Shown one piece after another: positions 49,067 to 60,476 of a stretch of 64,000 bases of DNA (position 1 is the stretch's first letter; each line of letters opens with the position of its first letter). Source of the DNA: Candidatus Helarchaeota archaeon. GTDB taxonomy: Archaea > Asgardarchaeota > Lokiarchaeia > Helarchaeales > RDOG01. The DNA lies in contig JAHPZH010000002.1 in NCBI GenBank assembly GCA_019058315.1, positions 877,910 through 941,909 on the forward strand. Direction: 5' to 3'. The notes beneath the pieces were generated by a model. The model was not told the origin of the DNA. It made no database searches and saw only the letters and a program-made list of their open reading frames with translations. Position numbers and translations under genes: made by a program.

Positions 49067-49705
49067 ATGAAAGAAAAACCATCTCTATTAATCATAGGAA
49101 ATTCAAATGTAGGGAAGAGTGCCACAACTAAACTACTTCTCCCGAATCCGAAGAAATTTAAGGGGAAAACGGGCAAATCTCCCGGGAGCACATTATTTAT
49201 TGAACCGATTACACAAGTTAACCTCCCCTATAAGATTATAGATTTGCCAGGCTTCGGATATATGCGCCATAAGGGTAGGAGAAGGGAAGACCATATTAAA
49301 AATTTAATCATTGTCCACATCGAAAAACACCACAAAGAGTATTTTTTTGGCATTGTGGTATTAAATATTCTCCGGATCGAACAGCAAATCACTAAATATT
49401 TCATTCAGGATAAAAATTCCATACCCTTAAATTTTGAACTACTCCAATTTCTAAAAGAATTTGATATTCCTTTTATTGTGTTACTGAATAAAATCGATAA
49501 AGTTTCAGAATTAGAAATGAGAAGGATTATTGCATTCTTTGTTGATGCAGCTCGAGAATACGGATTAAATCTAATTCATTTAGACAACTTTGATAAAACT
49601 AATGAAACCAAGATACCATATTTAGAATTTTCAGCACGAAAAAAAACAAATCTTGGAAAGTTAAAATCGATAATTCAGCATTATTTTAATTTATTTCCTA
49701 AATAA
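49067..49705 (+). CDS. engB: EngB/YihA GTP-binding protein
   Basis: GNSNVGKS, PGST, DLPGFG, NKID and FSA motifs. Confidence 0.8.
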   Translation: MKEKPSLLIIGNSNVGKSATTKLLLPNPKKFKGKTGKSPGSTLFIEPITQVNLPYKIIDLPGFGYMRHKGRRREDHIKNLIIVHIEKHHKEYFFGIVVLNILRIEQQITKYFIQDKNSIPLNFELLQFLKEFDIPFIVLLNKIDKVSELEMRRIIAFFVDAAREYGLNLIHLDNFDKTNETKIPYLEFSARKKTNLGKLKSIIQHYFNLFPK

Positions 49706-49898
49706 TATGAATGAAATTTATTCGATTAGAGCTATAAGAAATAATAAATCTAATTTTTCCATAAAAATTCATTCAAAACAAGCCTATATCTATGGATTTG
49801 GTATCTTCAAACATAGGGTGAATTTGGAAACATAAAAAAGAAGTTATTTTCAAATAATTTATTTACAAACATTATATACAAAAAAACGAGATAAAAAA

Positions 49899-51179
49899 AT
49901 GCAAAGAACCAAATTTATTTTATTAATATTTTCTCAAATACTCTTAGTATCTTCGGTGTTTTTTAGTGTTTTAGACGCCCCAAATCCTAGTTGCTTAATC
50001 TCAGCACCCAATTTAGCCGAAATCCCCAGAAATCTTGTAATCGCAACTCCCAGTTATGTAAATAGATGGTCGACTACATATTCCCCGGACAATATCGATA
50101 TTTCAGCAGATGGACGATATTTTGTAACAGGCGACTCAGCCCCCGCCCCTACTAATCTTACCTTTTACGATAGAAACGGTCCTAGGTGGGCCCACATTCC
50201 AGGGGATGCTATCCTTGATGTAGCAATTTCTGCAAATGGGCAATATATAGTAACTGGAACCCAGATAAAAAATGTAACTCTTTATAACCGAGCAGGATTT
50301 CGGGATGATTATATTCCTAGTGATGGTATTATATCAGTTGCAATATCAGCTGACGGGCTTTACTTCGTTGCTGGAGATATACCTGGTCGCGTTCTTATGT
50401 TTAATAGATCTAATCCTCAAGCTAATGGAATTAATAACATGTGGAATTATACTACTGGTGACGGTAGTATTGGCGCACTTGCTATTTCATCAGACGGTCA
50501 ATGCATTGCTGCTGGTGGCTGGAATCAAAATATAACTCTACTTAATCGAGATTCTACAGTAATTCAGGAAATCGAAACTGGAGCGGTTCGATCATTGGCG
50601 ATGTCCGCTGATGGGACTTATATTGTCTCCGGAAATTCAAGCGGTTATGTATCCTTATTTAACAACACGGGTAGTTTGTTAGTGGGCTATGATATGGGGG
50701 AAGAAGTTCGAGAAGCGGCAATTTCGGCAGATGGTCAATATTTCGCTGTAGGAGGAATTAATGACCATGTCATGATGTTTAGACGAAATGGATCAATAGT
50801 CTGGGATTACGATACTGGATTTAACGTTTATTCGGTCGCAATGTCAGCAAATGGGCAATATGTAGTTTCGGGTGATGGAAATTCCAACGTAACACTATTT
50901 AATCAAACTGGATTTATGTGGAACTATACAACTGGGGGTTCAGTTAATAGTGTAGCAATTTCGGCAGATGGGCAATATTTTGTAGCTGGATCAGGTGACA
51001 ATTACGCCTATCTGTTTAAAAATCCATTACCAAGTGACGAAGACCAGAATCAACTAATTCTACTACTATTGGCTCAAGCGGGAACTGGAGATCAGTCAAT
51101 ATTCATGTTTGCGATAATCGGAATCGGTGCAGTGTCAGCAGTGATAATAATAATTCTACTGGTTAAAAAACAAGAGTAA
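49899..51179 (+). CDS. WD40/beta-propeller cell-surface protein
   Basis: Signal-like N-terminus, repeated VAISADGQY units and a C-terminal TM anchor. Confidence 0.85.
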   Translation: MQRTKFILLIFSQILLVSSVFFSVLDAPNPSCLISAPNLAEIPRNLVIATPSYVNRWSTTYSPDNIDISADGRYFVTGDSAPAPTNLTFYDRNGPRWAHIPGDAILDVAISANGQYIVTGTQIKNVTLYNRAGFRDDYIPSDGIISVAISADGLYFVAGDIPGRVLMFNRSNPQANGINNMWNYTTGDGSIGALAISSDGQCIAAGGWNQNITLLNRDSTVIQEIETGAVRSLAMSADGTYIVSGNSSGYVSLFNNTGSLLVGYDMGEEVREAAISADGQYFAVGGINDHVMMFRRNGSIVWDYDTGFNVYSVAMSANGQYVVSGDGNSNVTLFNQTGFMWNYTTGGSVNSVAISADGQYFVAGSGDNYAYLFKNPLPSDEDQNQLILLLLAQAGTGDQSIFMFAIIGIGAVSAVIIIILLVKKQE

Positions 51180-51374
51180 TCTTCAAAATTTTCCACTTTT
51201 TTAATTTACCCTTTTTTAAATTTAGAATTTTTATGAAACTTCATGTCCTGTAATGATTCGTTTGCTATTCGCTAGGTAAAAAAATGCGCATAATTCTAAT
51301 ATTTGAAGCTGAATAGAAAAATATTTTAGTTTTTAAGTGAGATTATATTCCAAATATTTTTTTAGTGAATCAGC

Positions 51375-52079
51375 ATGAATGATAAAATACTATGTCCAAA
51401 CTGTTCTTCCCCATTAAAGCAAGTTACAAGGGCAGTTGTAAGATGTGAGGTTTGTGATATAGAATTTCCAAGGATCGGATTATTGATAAAGCACGAAAAA
51501 AACGTCTATGAAATTTTCACCTGCAACTATTGTGGCTGCAAGGAGGGAGAATTTCACGAGTATGGCTGTGAAATGGAGCGATGTCCGTTTTGTGGTCTGC
51601 AGCTTATTTCATGTGAATGTATTTACGAGCATCTAGGATACAAAATCGATGAGAATGCCCCTTACTCCGGTCTCCCCAAGAAAGTCTATGAGAAGGGAGT
51701 CTCTGATAAGGAAAGAGAAAAATGGAAGGAAATTTTAAATGATAAAGGAAAAATTTCCTGCCTCTTCTTTCCAAACATATGTCCTACTTGTGGAAAGTTG
51801 TGGCCTGCCAGATTTATGGCTGATGCTTGGGAGAAAGTCCCAAATCCCCGAGATTTAAAGTATCAATCCTTGTGCGTATCCTGTTTTTTAAAATTAAGAT
51901 CGGGAGAAGACATATCAACAAAAGATTTATGTGAATATTGTGGCTCCCTTAATCCAACCCATGTTATCGATTCGGAAAGAATTGAAATGAGTAAAGAGGG
52001 GAAGTTTCTTTGTGCAAAATGTCATGATTATATTAAAAATATACTAAAATTAAAAAAAGACATGCCAAGGAAGAAATGA
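51375..52079 (+). CDS. Multi-CxxC zinc-binding protein
   Basis: About 8 CxxC pairs, including CGC..G..H..GCEMERCPFCG.QLISCEC. Confidence 0.7.
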   Translation: MNDKILCPNCSSPLKQVTRAVVRCEVCDIEFPRIGLLIKHEKNVYEIFTCNYCGCKEGEFHEYGCEMERCPFCGLQLISCECIYEHLGYKIDENAPYSGLPKKVYEKGVSDKEREKWKEILNDKGKISCLFFPNICPTCGKLWPARFMADAWEKVPNPRDLKYQSLCVSCFLKLRSGEDISTKDLCEYCGSLNPTHVIDSERIEMSKEGKFLCAKCHDYIKNILKLKKDMPRKK

Positions 52080-52093
52080 AAAAATAGTAAATA

Positions 52094-52762
52094 TCAACTA
52101 TTTATTTTATCCTCATTATCAATTAGTTTAAAATAGAAATCTCTAGAAAAATAGTAATCTAGAACAGTGATCACGATATAAAATATTAGGATGAAAAGGG
52201 TTCCTATTCCTATGGCATTATAGGAAAATATTATTAGAAATATTAAGAATGTGGCAGATACAACATTTAGCAATCCCCAAACTCGGAAGTTATGTCTCTC
52301 ACCGGGTTTTGCCGTAATTATTGAGTATAATGCCCAGCTAATATCTATTAATGAAAGTACTAACAATGCATATATGAAATTGAAGTTATTTAACCAATTT
52401 AGAAACATAATATAAATAAAATTCAAGCTATTTATTAAAAAAACTGCCATTTCACTAGTAATTGTAAATGTATTATCAACTAATTGCCCTGCCATACATA
52501 AAATGATAAGTTCGGAAATAATAAAGAAAGTATTTACAAAAAATTCACGTGGACGTTGTCCCTTGCTTGTTATTGAGTGAACATTATTTCCATGAAAAAA
52601 CCTAATAGCAGTTATTAGGAAGGTAATAAAATTAAAAGTTATATTAATATCAAAATTCGATTTTAGCATCCTATCAATACCATATTCAATTGGAAAACTA
52701 ATGAGAATTGAATATAGAATTGGGATTAAATTAGAATTAGCTACTTCTATGGCTTTTCTCAT
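52094..52762 (-). CDS. Multi-pass membrane protein
   Basis: Several hydrophobic helices and an IRFFHGN motif. Confidence 0.65.
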   Translation of the reverse strand: MRKAIEVANSNLIPILYSILISFPIEYGIDRMLKSNFDINITFNFITFLITAIRFFHGNNVHSITSKGQRPREFFVNTFFIISELIILCMAGQLVDNTFTITSEMAVFLINSLNFIYIMFLNWLNNFNFIYALLVLSLIDISWALYSIITAKPGERHNFRVWGLLNVVSATFLIFLIIFSYNAIGIGTLFILIFYIVITVLDYYFSRDFYFKLIDNEDKINS

Positions 52763-52873
52763 GACAGATATCCCTATGTTAATATTTTGATAACAACTAA
52801 ATTTAACACTTTATAAAAATTTCGTAAAGTTGGAAATTAGATTCAGAATTCAAAAAGCGTTTTTTCTTTACTT

Positions 52874-53869
<996 letters not shown>

Positions 53870-54009
53870 TCAATTTTTTTTTACTTCATTTTCAAAATTT
53901 ATTTTCACCATCTCAATTATTTCCAAAACCTCTTTTCTTCGATTTTGCACAATGCAACTATATTACCAAATTCTGTAATTATCTTTATGTAATTATTTAT
54001 GTAATTAAT

Positions 54010-54873
54010 TTATTCTTTTCCAATTAAAAATTTAAAATACGTTCCCAATTGACGAGGACGAACAAGTAAAGCTGGAACTTGTTTGCGATAGTCCCTAAAA
54101 GATTCACCAAATCGTTCAATTAATTCTTTTTCTTCAACTTTCCAGATATGAATTATAAAACCAATGAGAAGCAAAATAAAGAAGATGATGGAATAAAGAG
54201 AAAATTGCACCAAAATTCCCGAAAAACTGACGTAAATCACTCCAGCATAAGCAGGATGGCGTAGTACTGAATAAATTTTGTGATTCTGAATGGAGCTTTC
54301 CTCGGGAAAATATAAATAGACTACTGTCATATAATCAAATCCAAAAGTAAAAAGTGAACGTATCATGGTTAAAGCTCCTAAAATAAACACTACGATTCCA
54401 AGGATAATTCGAATGAAATCAAAAATCCACGTATTTAACCAAGATATGGAAAGGGGTTGAATAAATTTTGTGGCTGGTCGGAATGGATCTAAATAGGATT
54501 TATTTAATATCAATGGAATTGTATTAAAAATCCCCAAGCATATCATACATATAACCCCAGCAAAGCCAAAAAAGAAAACGCGTTGATAAGAAGTCTGTTG
54601 ATATTTCGCTTTTAAGCGATCTCGCCAAAACCACATCTGATAAACTAAGAGTAATCCTCCAGACTCGATGATAATTACACCAAGAATCGGAAAAAACCAA
54701 CTCCAATCAGTTCCCAAAATTTGTATATTTACCTTGGTAAGTTTTAGAAACATGAATAAAGAAAAATAAATTAATATTATACAAGCAATCGTATATAATG
54801 GTAATAATATAATGCGTTTCCCACGTAGCGCAGGTAATTTTTCCCGAAATTTATCGAATCCTTTGATTTTCAT
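54010..54873 (-). CDS. ICMT/PEMT-family membrane methyltransferase
   Basis: IYSVLRHPAY...EEKELIERFG..Y...VP, with several TM helices. Confidence 0.8.
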   Translation of the reverse strand: MKIKGFDKFREKLPALRGKRIILLPLYTIACIILIYFSLFMFLKLTKVNIQILGTDWSWFFPILGVIIIESGGLLLVYQMWFWRDRLKAKYQQTSYQRVFFFGFAGVICMICLGIFNTIPLILNKSYLDPFRPATKFIQPLSISWLNTWIFDFIRIILGIVVFILGALTMIRSLFTFGFDYMTVVYLYFPEESSIQNHKIYSVLRHPAYAGVIYVSFSGILVQFSLYSIIFFILLLIGFIIHIWKVEEKELIERFGESFRDYRKQVPALLVRPRQLGTYFKFLIGKE

Positions 54874-55036
54874 AGATTGTTAACACATTCTTTCTAATTA
54901 ACTTAAACAGTTTTTTTAAAATTTTATCAAACTATAATGAAAATTAAATTTAAAATTCCTTATTGAGGATTTAATCTAATGATCTTTTAATTTTTAATTT
55001 GAAATAATAGTTACAATAGAGGGAATTGAAACTAAA

Positions 55037-56071
55037 ATGAAAGAAAAAGATACTAAAAGCAAATCTCGACCGCACCCATTCGCGCAACTCATGATATATA
55101 TAGCTGGAAAAACGTACACGCATTTAGTTTCATTAGCTGCCAATTTGGGTATTGCTGATTTGCTAGCTGATGGACCAAAATCCGTAGAGGACCTCGCTGC
55201 CGCTACTGAAACTCATACACCAAGCCTATATCGCGTTTTACGTGTTTTAGACCGTATGGGTGTATTTTCTGAAAAAGAACCAAGAATCTTTTCTTTAAAT
55301 CGCATGTCTAAATATTTACTTACAAATTCACCCCTTTCTGTGAGAGATTGGGCCATTATGAATGGAAGTGAATGGCATAGTCGAACTTGGTCAAATATTT
55401 TATTTAATATAAAAACAGGCAAACCATCTTTTGATGAAGTATTTGGAATGAAATTTTTTGATTATTTTGAAAAGAAACCTGATGAATTTGTCGTCTATAA
55501 CAATGTAATGACATTTTTCTCGAAAGGTCAAGCAGCAATTTTAGCTAATTCTTATGATTTCTCCAATTTTCAATCCATCGTTGATGTGGGGGGCGGGCAT
55601 GGTTTCCTTCTAGCAACAATTCTGAGATCTAATCCATCGCTACAAGGTATTTTATTCGACTTGCCAAGAGTAGTAAAGGGTGCAAAAAAAACAATGGAAA
55701 AACATAACCTATTGGAACGATGTAAGATTATTGGAGGCGATTTTTTTCATAGTGTTCCTAAAGGAGCAGATGCTTATATAATGAAATATGTAATTCATGA
55801 TTGGTATGATGAGAAAGCCAGAATAATATTGAAAAACTGTCGAGATGCTATAGCCCCAAATGGAAAATTATTAGTAATAGATAAGGTAATTTCTTTAAAA
55901 AGTGGATTAGAAGATGAGATTATGGGAGACATAGAAATGATGATACTTGGAGGTGGGCTTGAACGTACAGAAAGTGAATTCAAGCTTCTTTTTAATAGTG
56001 CTGGATTTAAATTGACTAATATTATCCCTACCCAATTACCATTATTTATTTTAGAATGTGAGCCAATTTAA
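55037..56071 (+). CDS. Class I SAM-dependent O-methyltransferase (COMT-like)
   Basis: N-terminal dimerisation wHTH; VDVGGGHG, GDFF and IHDW motifs. Confidence 0.92.
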   Translation: MKEKDTKSKSRPHPFAQLMIYIAGKTYTHLVSLAANLGIADLLADGPKSVEDLAAATETHTPSLYRVLRVLDRMGVFSEKEPRIFSLNRMSKYLLTNSPLSVRDWAIMNGSEWHSRTWSNILFNIKTGKPSFDEVFGMKFFDYFEKKPDEFVVYNNVMTFFSKGQAAILANSYDFSNFQSIVDVGGGHGFLLATILRSNPSLQGILFDLPRVVKGAKKTMEKHNLLERCKIIGGDFFHSVPKGADAYIMKYVIHDWYDEKARIILKNCRDAIAPNGKLLVIDKVISLKSGLEDEIMGDIEMMILGGGLERTESEFKLLFNSAGFKLTNIIPTQLPLFILECEPI

Positions 56072-56240
56072 AATCGATTCTAAATAAAATTTGATTTGAG
56101 AATTAAATATAAGCGAATTTGCAATCAATTGGAAACTGTATGAGCATAAACAATATACATTTATAAAAAATTTAAAAAATCATATTTCAAGAGACTTCTC
56201 GAAAAGTTTACTTTATATTAATATTGAGAGGTAATAAATT

Positions 56241-56624
56241 TTGGTTCAAATTGACATGTTTGCGTTGCTTGGCATAGGTGTTATGACAGTTTTATTCATT
56301 TTATTAATATTGGTATTTAGATATTATTATAAATTATATAGACTTGTTGAATATTCTGAAATTTGGAAGTATTGGAAGTATCAGCTTATAGGTTTTGTCA
56401 TTGCGGGTGGTGGACTTTTGGTTTCATTTTATTTTTATGTTTTGTACATTTTTTCCATGCCAACTGAAGCCTTAAGAGTTTCTGCGGATGTATTTCATCT
56501 TATTTTAATTTATTGTGGGGCACTAATAGGAGTAATTAGTAGTCTTGTTACTTTGGTGGGAATGCAGGAATTCTATAATAAAGCTGAACAAATGTCAAAA
56601 AAGGATGATCAAGGAGATGTTTAA
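56241..56624 (+). CDS. Small membrane protein (paralog 1)
   Basis: About 3 TM helices; YYYKLYRLVEYSEIW motif. Confidence 0.65.
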   Translation: MVQIDMFALLGIGVMTVLFILLILVFRYYYKLYRLVEYSEIWKYWKYQLIGFVIAGGGLLVSFYFYVLYIFSMPTEALRVSADVFHLILIYCGALIGVISSLVTLVGMQEFYNKAEQMSKKDDQGDV

Positions 56625-56627
56625 AAA

Positions 56628-57008
56628 ATGAGCTATTTTTTTATTTATTTCTCGCTTATAGCAATTTTTATTATCCTAAGTTCTTTAAATATAGGGTATT
56701 ATTATTATTTTAAGCTCTATAAACTAACTCAATATAGTAATATCTGGAGATCTTTCAAAAAAATTACAATCGGAATGGCAGGGGTAATTATTGGAATGAT
56801 AGTAATGATTTTGATGCTATTTCATTATTTGTTAACAACCTTTCCAGATCTCTTCCTAGATGCATACTTCAATATCACCAATTTTTATGCATTGGGCGTA
56901 ATTCTAGGAGCTCCAGTTTGTACAGTAGGACTTATAATTAATATTTATGGGACAAGAAAATTTTATCAAAAAATGGAAAAAATGGTAATTGAATCCGCAG
57001 AAAATTAA
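56628..57008 (+). CDS. Small membrane protein (paralog 2)
   Basis: About 3 TM helices; YYFKLYKLTQYSNIW and G..KFYQKME motifs. Confidence 0.65.
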   Translation: MSYFFIYFSLIAIFIILSSLNIGYYYYFKLYKLTQYSNIWRSFKKITIGMAGVIIGMIVMILMLFHYLLTTFPDLFLDAYFNITNFYALGVILGAPVCTVGLIINIYGTRKFYQKMEKMVIESAEN

Positions 57009-57409
57009 TTTTTAAGCTATTTCTTAAAAGGTTGTCTATATAATTATCTTAAATGCAATGAATTATTAATAGACTGAATTATTACTAATTAAAAAGGACA
57101 ATTTCAGAGAAATTATTAATAGAAAAACGGTAATTAAAGAAGATTATGTAATCGATTCCAAGATCAAAAAAACTCTTTCTCAAAACAACATATTGAGCCA
57201 GTCTCAAAAATTAATTGGACTTCTCAGAATAAATTTTTAATTATTTTCAATCAGAATTAAAGAACCGTAACTGAATAGCAAAATCTTAACTAAGTTAATT
57301 TGAATTTACTTTATTTCTTATAAATCATCTGTCATTTTAATATTACACCCTATCCAAGATATAGAACTGAAATTTTTGCAGAAAATTAAATGAAAGGAAA
57401 GAGAGAATC

Positions 57410-57982
57410 ATGCAGTCAGAAATAAATAAGATTAATGGGAAAAAAAAAGGTTCTATTGATTCTAATGACCAAATTTCAATATTAATTTTTGAAGTTGGAT
57501 GGGAACAATTTACTATGGAGCTTTTTGAGGCTAGTGAAATTATTAAAAGAGGGCAAATTAGAAGGTTACCAAAAAGCCTTCCATATATAGAAGGAATATA
57601 TAATCATAGGGGAGAAATAATTCACATTCTTAACTTAAAAAAGAGATTAAGATTAAATGAATACCTAATATATAAAACAAAACTCGAGTCTATTAATAAA
57701 AGCGATAATGATTCAAAATCCTTGAATAATTTCATTATTATTGTTGAAATTAATAATAAAAAAATTGGATTTTTAGTTGATCGTATCGTTGATGTTGTAA
57801 ATGTAAATTCTGAAGACATTATCGATTTAAGTCCTATTTTTCAAACTAGTATAGATATAGAATATATTAAATCAATTATAAAGTTTGACGATAGACCTAG
57901 AGTTATGCTAAATATAATCAAACTTCTTACAGAGGTTGGAAAAAATATTAGAGAAGAAGAAACAACATTAAAAAATAAATAA
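57410..57982 (+). CDS. cheW: Chemotaxis protein CheW
   Basis: LPKSLPYIEGIYNHRGEII...IGFLVDRIVDV. Confidence 0.9.
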   Translation: MQSEINKINGKKKGSIDSNDQISILIFEVGWEQFTMELFEASEIIKRGQIRRLPKSLPYIEGIYNHRGEIIHILNLKKRLRLNEYLIYKTKLESINKSDNDSKSLNNFIIIVEINNKKIGFLVDRIVDVVNVNSEDIIDLSPIFQTSIDIEYIKSIIKFDDRPRVMLNIIKLLTEVGKNIREEETTLKNK

Positions 57983-57985
57983 AAG

Positions 57986-58384
57986 ATGAATTTAATGACA
58001 GAAAATAAAAAACGAATATTGATAGTAGATGATGCACTTTTCACTAGAAATTACCTAAAAAATATCATTAATAAAATCGATCATTGCGAAGTTGTAGGAG
58101 AGGCGTCAAATGGGAATGAGGCAATTTTACTTTATAAGGAAATAAAGCCCGATTTGGTCACTATGGATTTAATTATGCCCGAAAAAGATGGTATTGAAAC
58201 CACTGAAGAGATTTTAAAAATTGACCCAAAAGCACAGATAGTTGTAATATCAGCTTTAGGACAAGAAGCTATGGTTGTTGAGGCAACAAAAAAGGGAGCT
58301 AAAGATTTTATTAAAAAACCTTACGAACCTGAACAGATTTTGGCAATATTAGAACGTCTTCTGAATCTAAAAAACGTAAATTAA
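57986..58384 (+). CDS. cheY: Chemotaxis response regulator CheY
   Basis: ILIVDD, DLVTMD, SALGQ and FIKKP motifs. Confidence 0.92.
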   Translation: MNLMTENKKRILIVDDALFTRNYLKNIINKIDHCEVVGEASNGNEAILLYKEIKPDLVTMDLIMPEKDGIETTEEILKIDPKAQIVVISALGQEAMVVEATKKGAKDFIKKPYEPEQILAILERLLNLKNVN

Positions 58385-58420
58385 AAAGGTTTTAGAAATA
58401 AATTATATCAAGGTGAGGCT

Positions 58421-60463
58421 TTGGAATCAGAGGAAGATGTAAAACTTTTCATAAGTGAAGAAGAAGAGCTACTTCAAAAATTAGAGGACAATCTCTTCAA
58501 TTTAGAAGAAAATCCAGAGGATAAAAATCCGGTTCAAGATCTTTTCTACATTTTTCACACATTAAAAGGTATTAATGCAATGGCAGGCTTCGTAAATGTT
58601 TCAGAATTCTGCCATCATTTTGAATCTATTTTAGATAGTGCAAAAAATAAGGAAATTTCAGCAGAAAATTTGACTACTTTTCAAAACTTATTTTTTCAAT
58701 GCTTAGATAACCTTAGAAAACATCTTAGGCAAATTAAGGAGGGTGACATGACAGATCTTAACTCTGAGATTGTCAAAGAGATAAAAGAAAAAAAAATTAC
58801 CTTTAAAAAACAAGATAAAAAACAAGAAAGCAGTGAAACATTTCTAAAACCTATTACTATTGAAAAAATTCACCAATTAGTAAAGGATATAAAAAACAAA
58901 TTCTTTGAAATTCAAATTCGTCTTCAAGAAAGTTGTCCTTTTAGAAAAGCCAGATTGATGATTATTATAAGAGAATTAAATGAAGTCGGTCTTTTTTGCT
59001 GGAGTAATCCTTCCCCTGAAATACTAGATTCGGGTGAGATTCCACTAGAATTTATACTTTTTTACATATCTACAAAAAAAATTAATAATTTTAAACAAGT
59101 CCTGAATAAAGTTTCAGAAATTGAAAAAAAGTATATTTCAGAACTGGAATCGAATGATTTCCTGAATACCGTTAAAATGCTTATTGAAAATCGAAAAAAA
59201 GAAGAATTAATTAAAGATATTGATAGCTCGGAACATGATAACATAAATATTGACAGTATTAAAGTAGATGTTGATGTTTTAGAGAAGTTAATGAATAATT
59301 TCGGGGAGATAGTTATAATTAGAAATCAAATTAACCAATTATTAATGGAAGGATTAGATAGTTCAGTTAATGACCTTATAAAAAATATGGATAAACCTTT
59401 ACTTGATATTCAAGACTTAATCTTAAAATTGAACCTGATTAAGGTAGAAACGACTTTTAAAAAATATCGAGGTTTGATTCGGGATCTATCAAAAGAAACA
59501 GGTAAAAAAATTAAATTTTCATTAGAGGGCACAGATGTAAAATTAGATAGAAAAGTTTTAGAGGAATTAAACGTTCCAATTATTCATTTATTAAGAAATG
59601 CAATATACCATGGTATAGAACCGCAAGAGGAAAGAAAAAGGAAGCATAAAGAAGAGTTAGGTAAAATAAAACTTAAGGCATATAGAGGAGCTGACTCAGT
59701 ATTTATTGAAGTATCAGATGATGGAAAGGGGATTGACTTTGATTCTATACGACAAAAAATAATTGATAAAGGATACTATTCGAAGAAAGATGCAAAGGAA
59801 TTAAGTGAAGATATTTTAAAAAAGTTTATTTTAATGCCTGATTTTTCTACACTTTCAGAAGTAGATATCATCTCAGGTAGAGGAATGGGATTAAAAATTG
59901 TGAACGATATAATCAAAGGTTTAGGTGGTTCTTTGAGAATACATTCAGAAAAGGATGTTGGAACTACCTTTACATTAATAGTACCATTTACAAAGGCTAT
60001 ATTTAGGGCACAATTAATAACTGTGGCTGATGATCTATTTGCTATTCCTCTTGAACGTATTGAACAAATCTATTCTTTTAATATTAACTCAATAGAATCT
60101 GATAATCAAGTTAAATATTATAAAATAGATGCCCAAAAAAAAGTACCTCTTATCTTTTTAGATCACTATTTAAAACTTAGAAATCATGAAAATAAATCAA
60201 ATTTTAATAAAAATATTAAGATCGGAATTTTATGTCATATGGATGAAAAACATTCCGCAATCCTTGCTTTAGATGAGGTTCTTGAACAAACTGACGTTAT
60301 AGTTAAACCTTTTAAATCGGATTATTCAGATTCTGACGATTTTCTAGGTTCTGCAATCACCGGAGATGGTTCAATTTGTTTAATACTAAATGTTTCAAAT
60401 ATTATTTCATCTACTTTGAAAGAAACTCAATCTGAAACAGAAATTATAGAATTAAATAAATAA
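58421..60463 (+). CDS. cheA: Chemotaxis histidine kinase CheA
   Basis: HPt domain FHTLKG, HLLRNA, DDGKG, FST...SGRGMGL and a C-terminal CheW domain. Confidence 0.93.
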   Translation: MESEEDVKLFISEEEELLQKLEDNLFNLEENPEDKNPVQDLFYIFHTLKGINAMAGFVNVSEFCHHFESILDSAKNKEISAENLTTFQNLFFQCLDNLRKHLRQIKEGDMTDLNSEIVKEIKEKKITFKKQDKKQESSETFLKPITIEKIHQLVKDIKNKFFEIQIRLQESCPFRKARLMIIIRELNEVGLFCWSNPSPEILDSGEIPLEFILFYISTKKINNFKQVLNKVSEIEKKYISELESNDFLNTVKMLIENRKKEELIKDIDSSEHDNINIDSIKVDVDVLEKLMNNFGEIVIIRNQINQLLMEGLDSSVNDLIKNMDKPLLDIQDLILKLNLIKVETTFKKYRGLIRDLSKETGKKIKFSLEGTDVKLDRKVLEELNVPIIHLLRNAIYHGIEPQEERKRKHKEELGKIKLKAYRGADSVFIEVSDDGKGIDFDSIRQKIIDKGYYSKKDAKELSEDILKKFILMPDFSTLSEVDIISGRGMGLKIVNDIIKGLGGSLRIHSEKDVGTTFTLIVPFTKAIFRAQLITVADDLFAIPLERIEQIYSFNINSIESDNQVKYYKIDAQKKVPLIFLDHYLKLRNHENKSNFNKNIKIGILCHMDEKHSAILALDEVLEQTDVIVKPFKSDYSDSDDFLGSAITGDGSICLILNVSNIISSTLKETQSETEIIELNK

Positions 60464-60476
60464 TTGGTGTAAGTAG

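Noticed and set aside
57193-57207. TTGAG-N5-CTCAA inverted repeat upstream of cheW
   Set aside because: Single short occurrence with no supporting promoter context.
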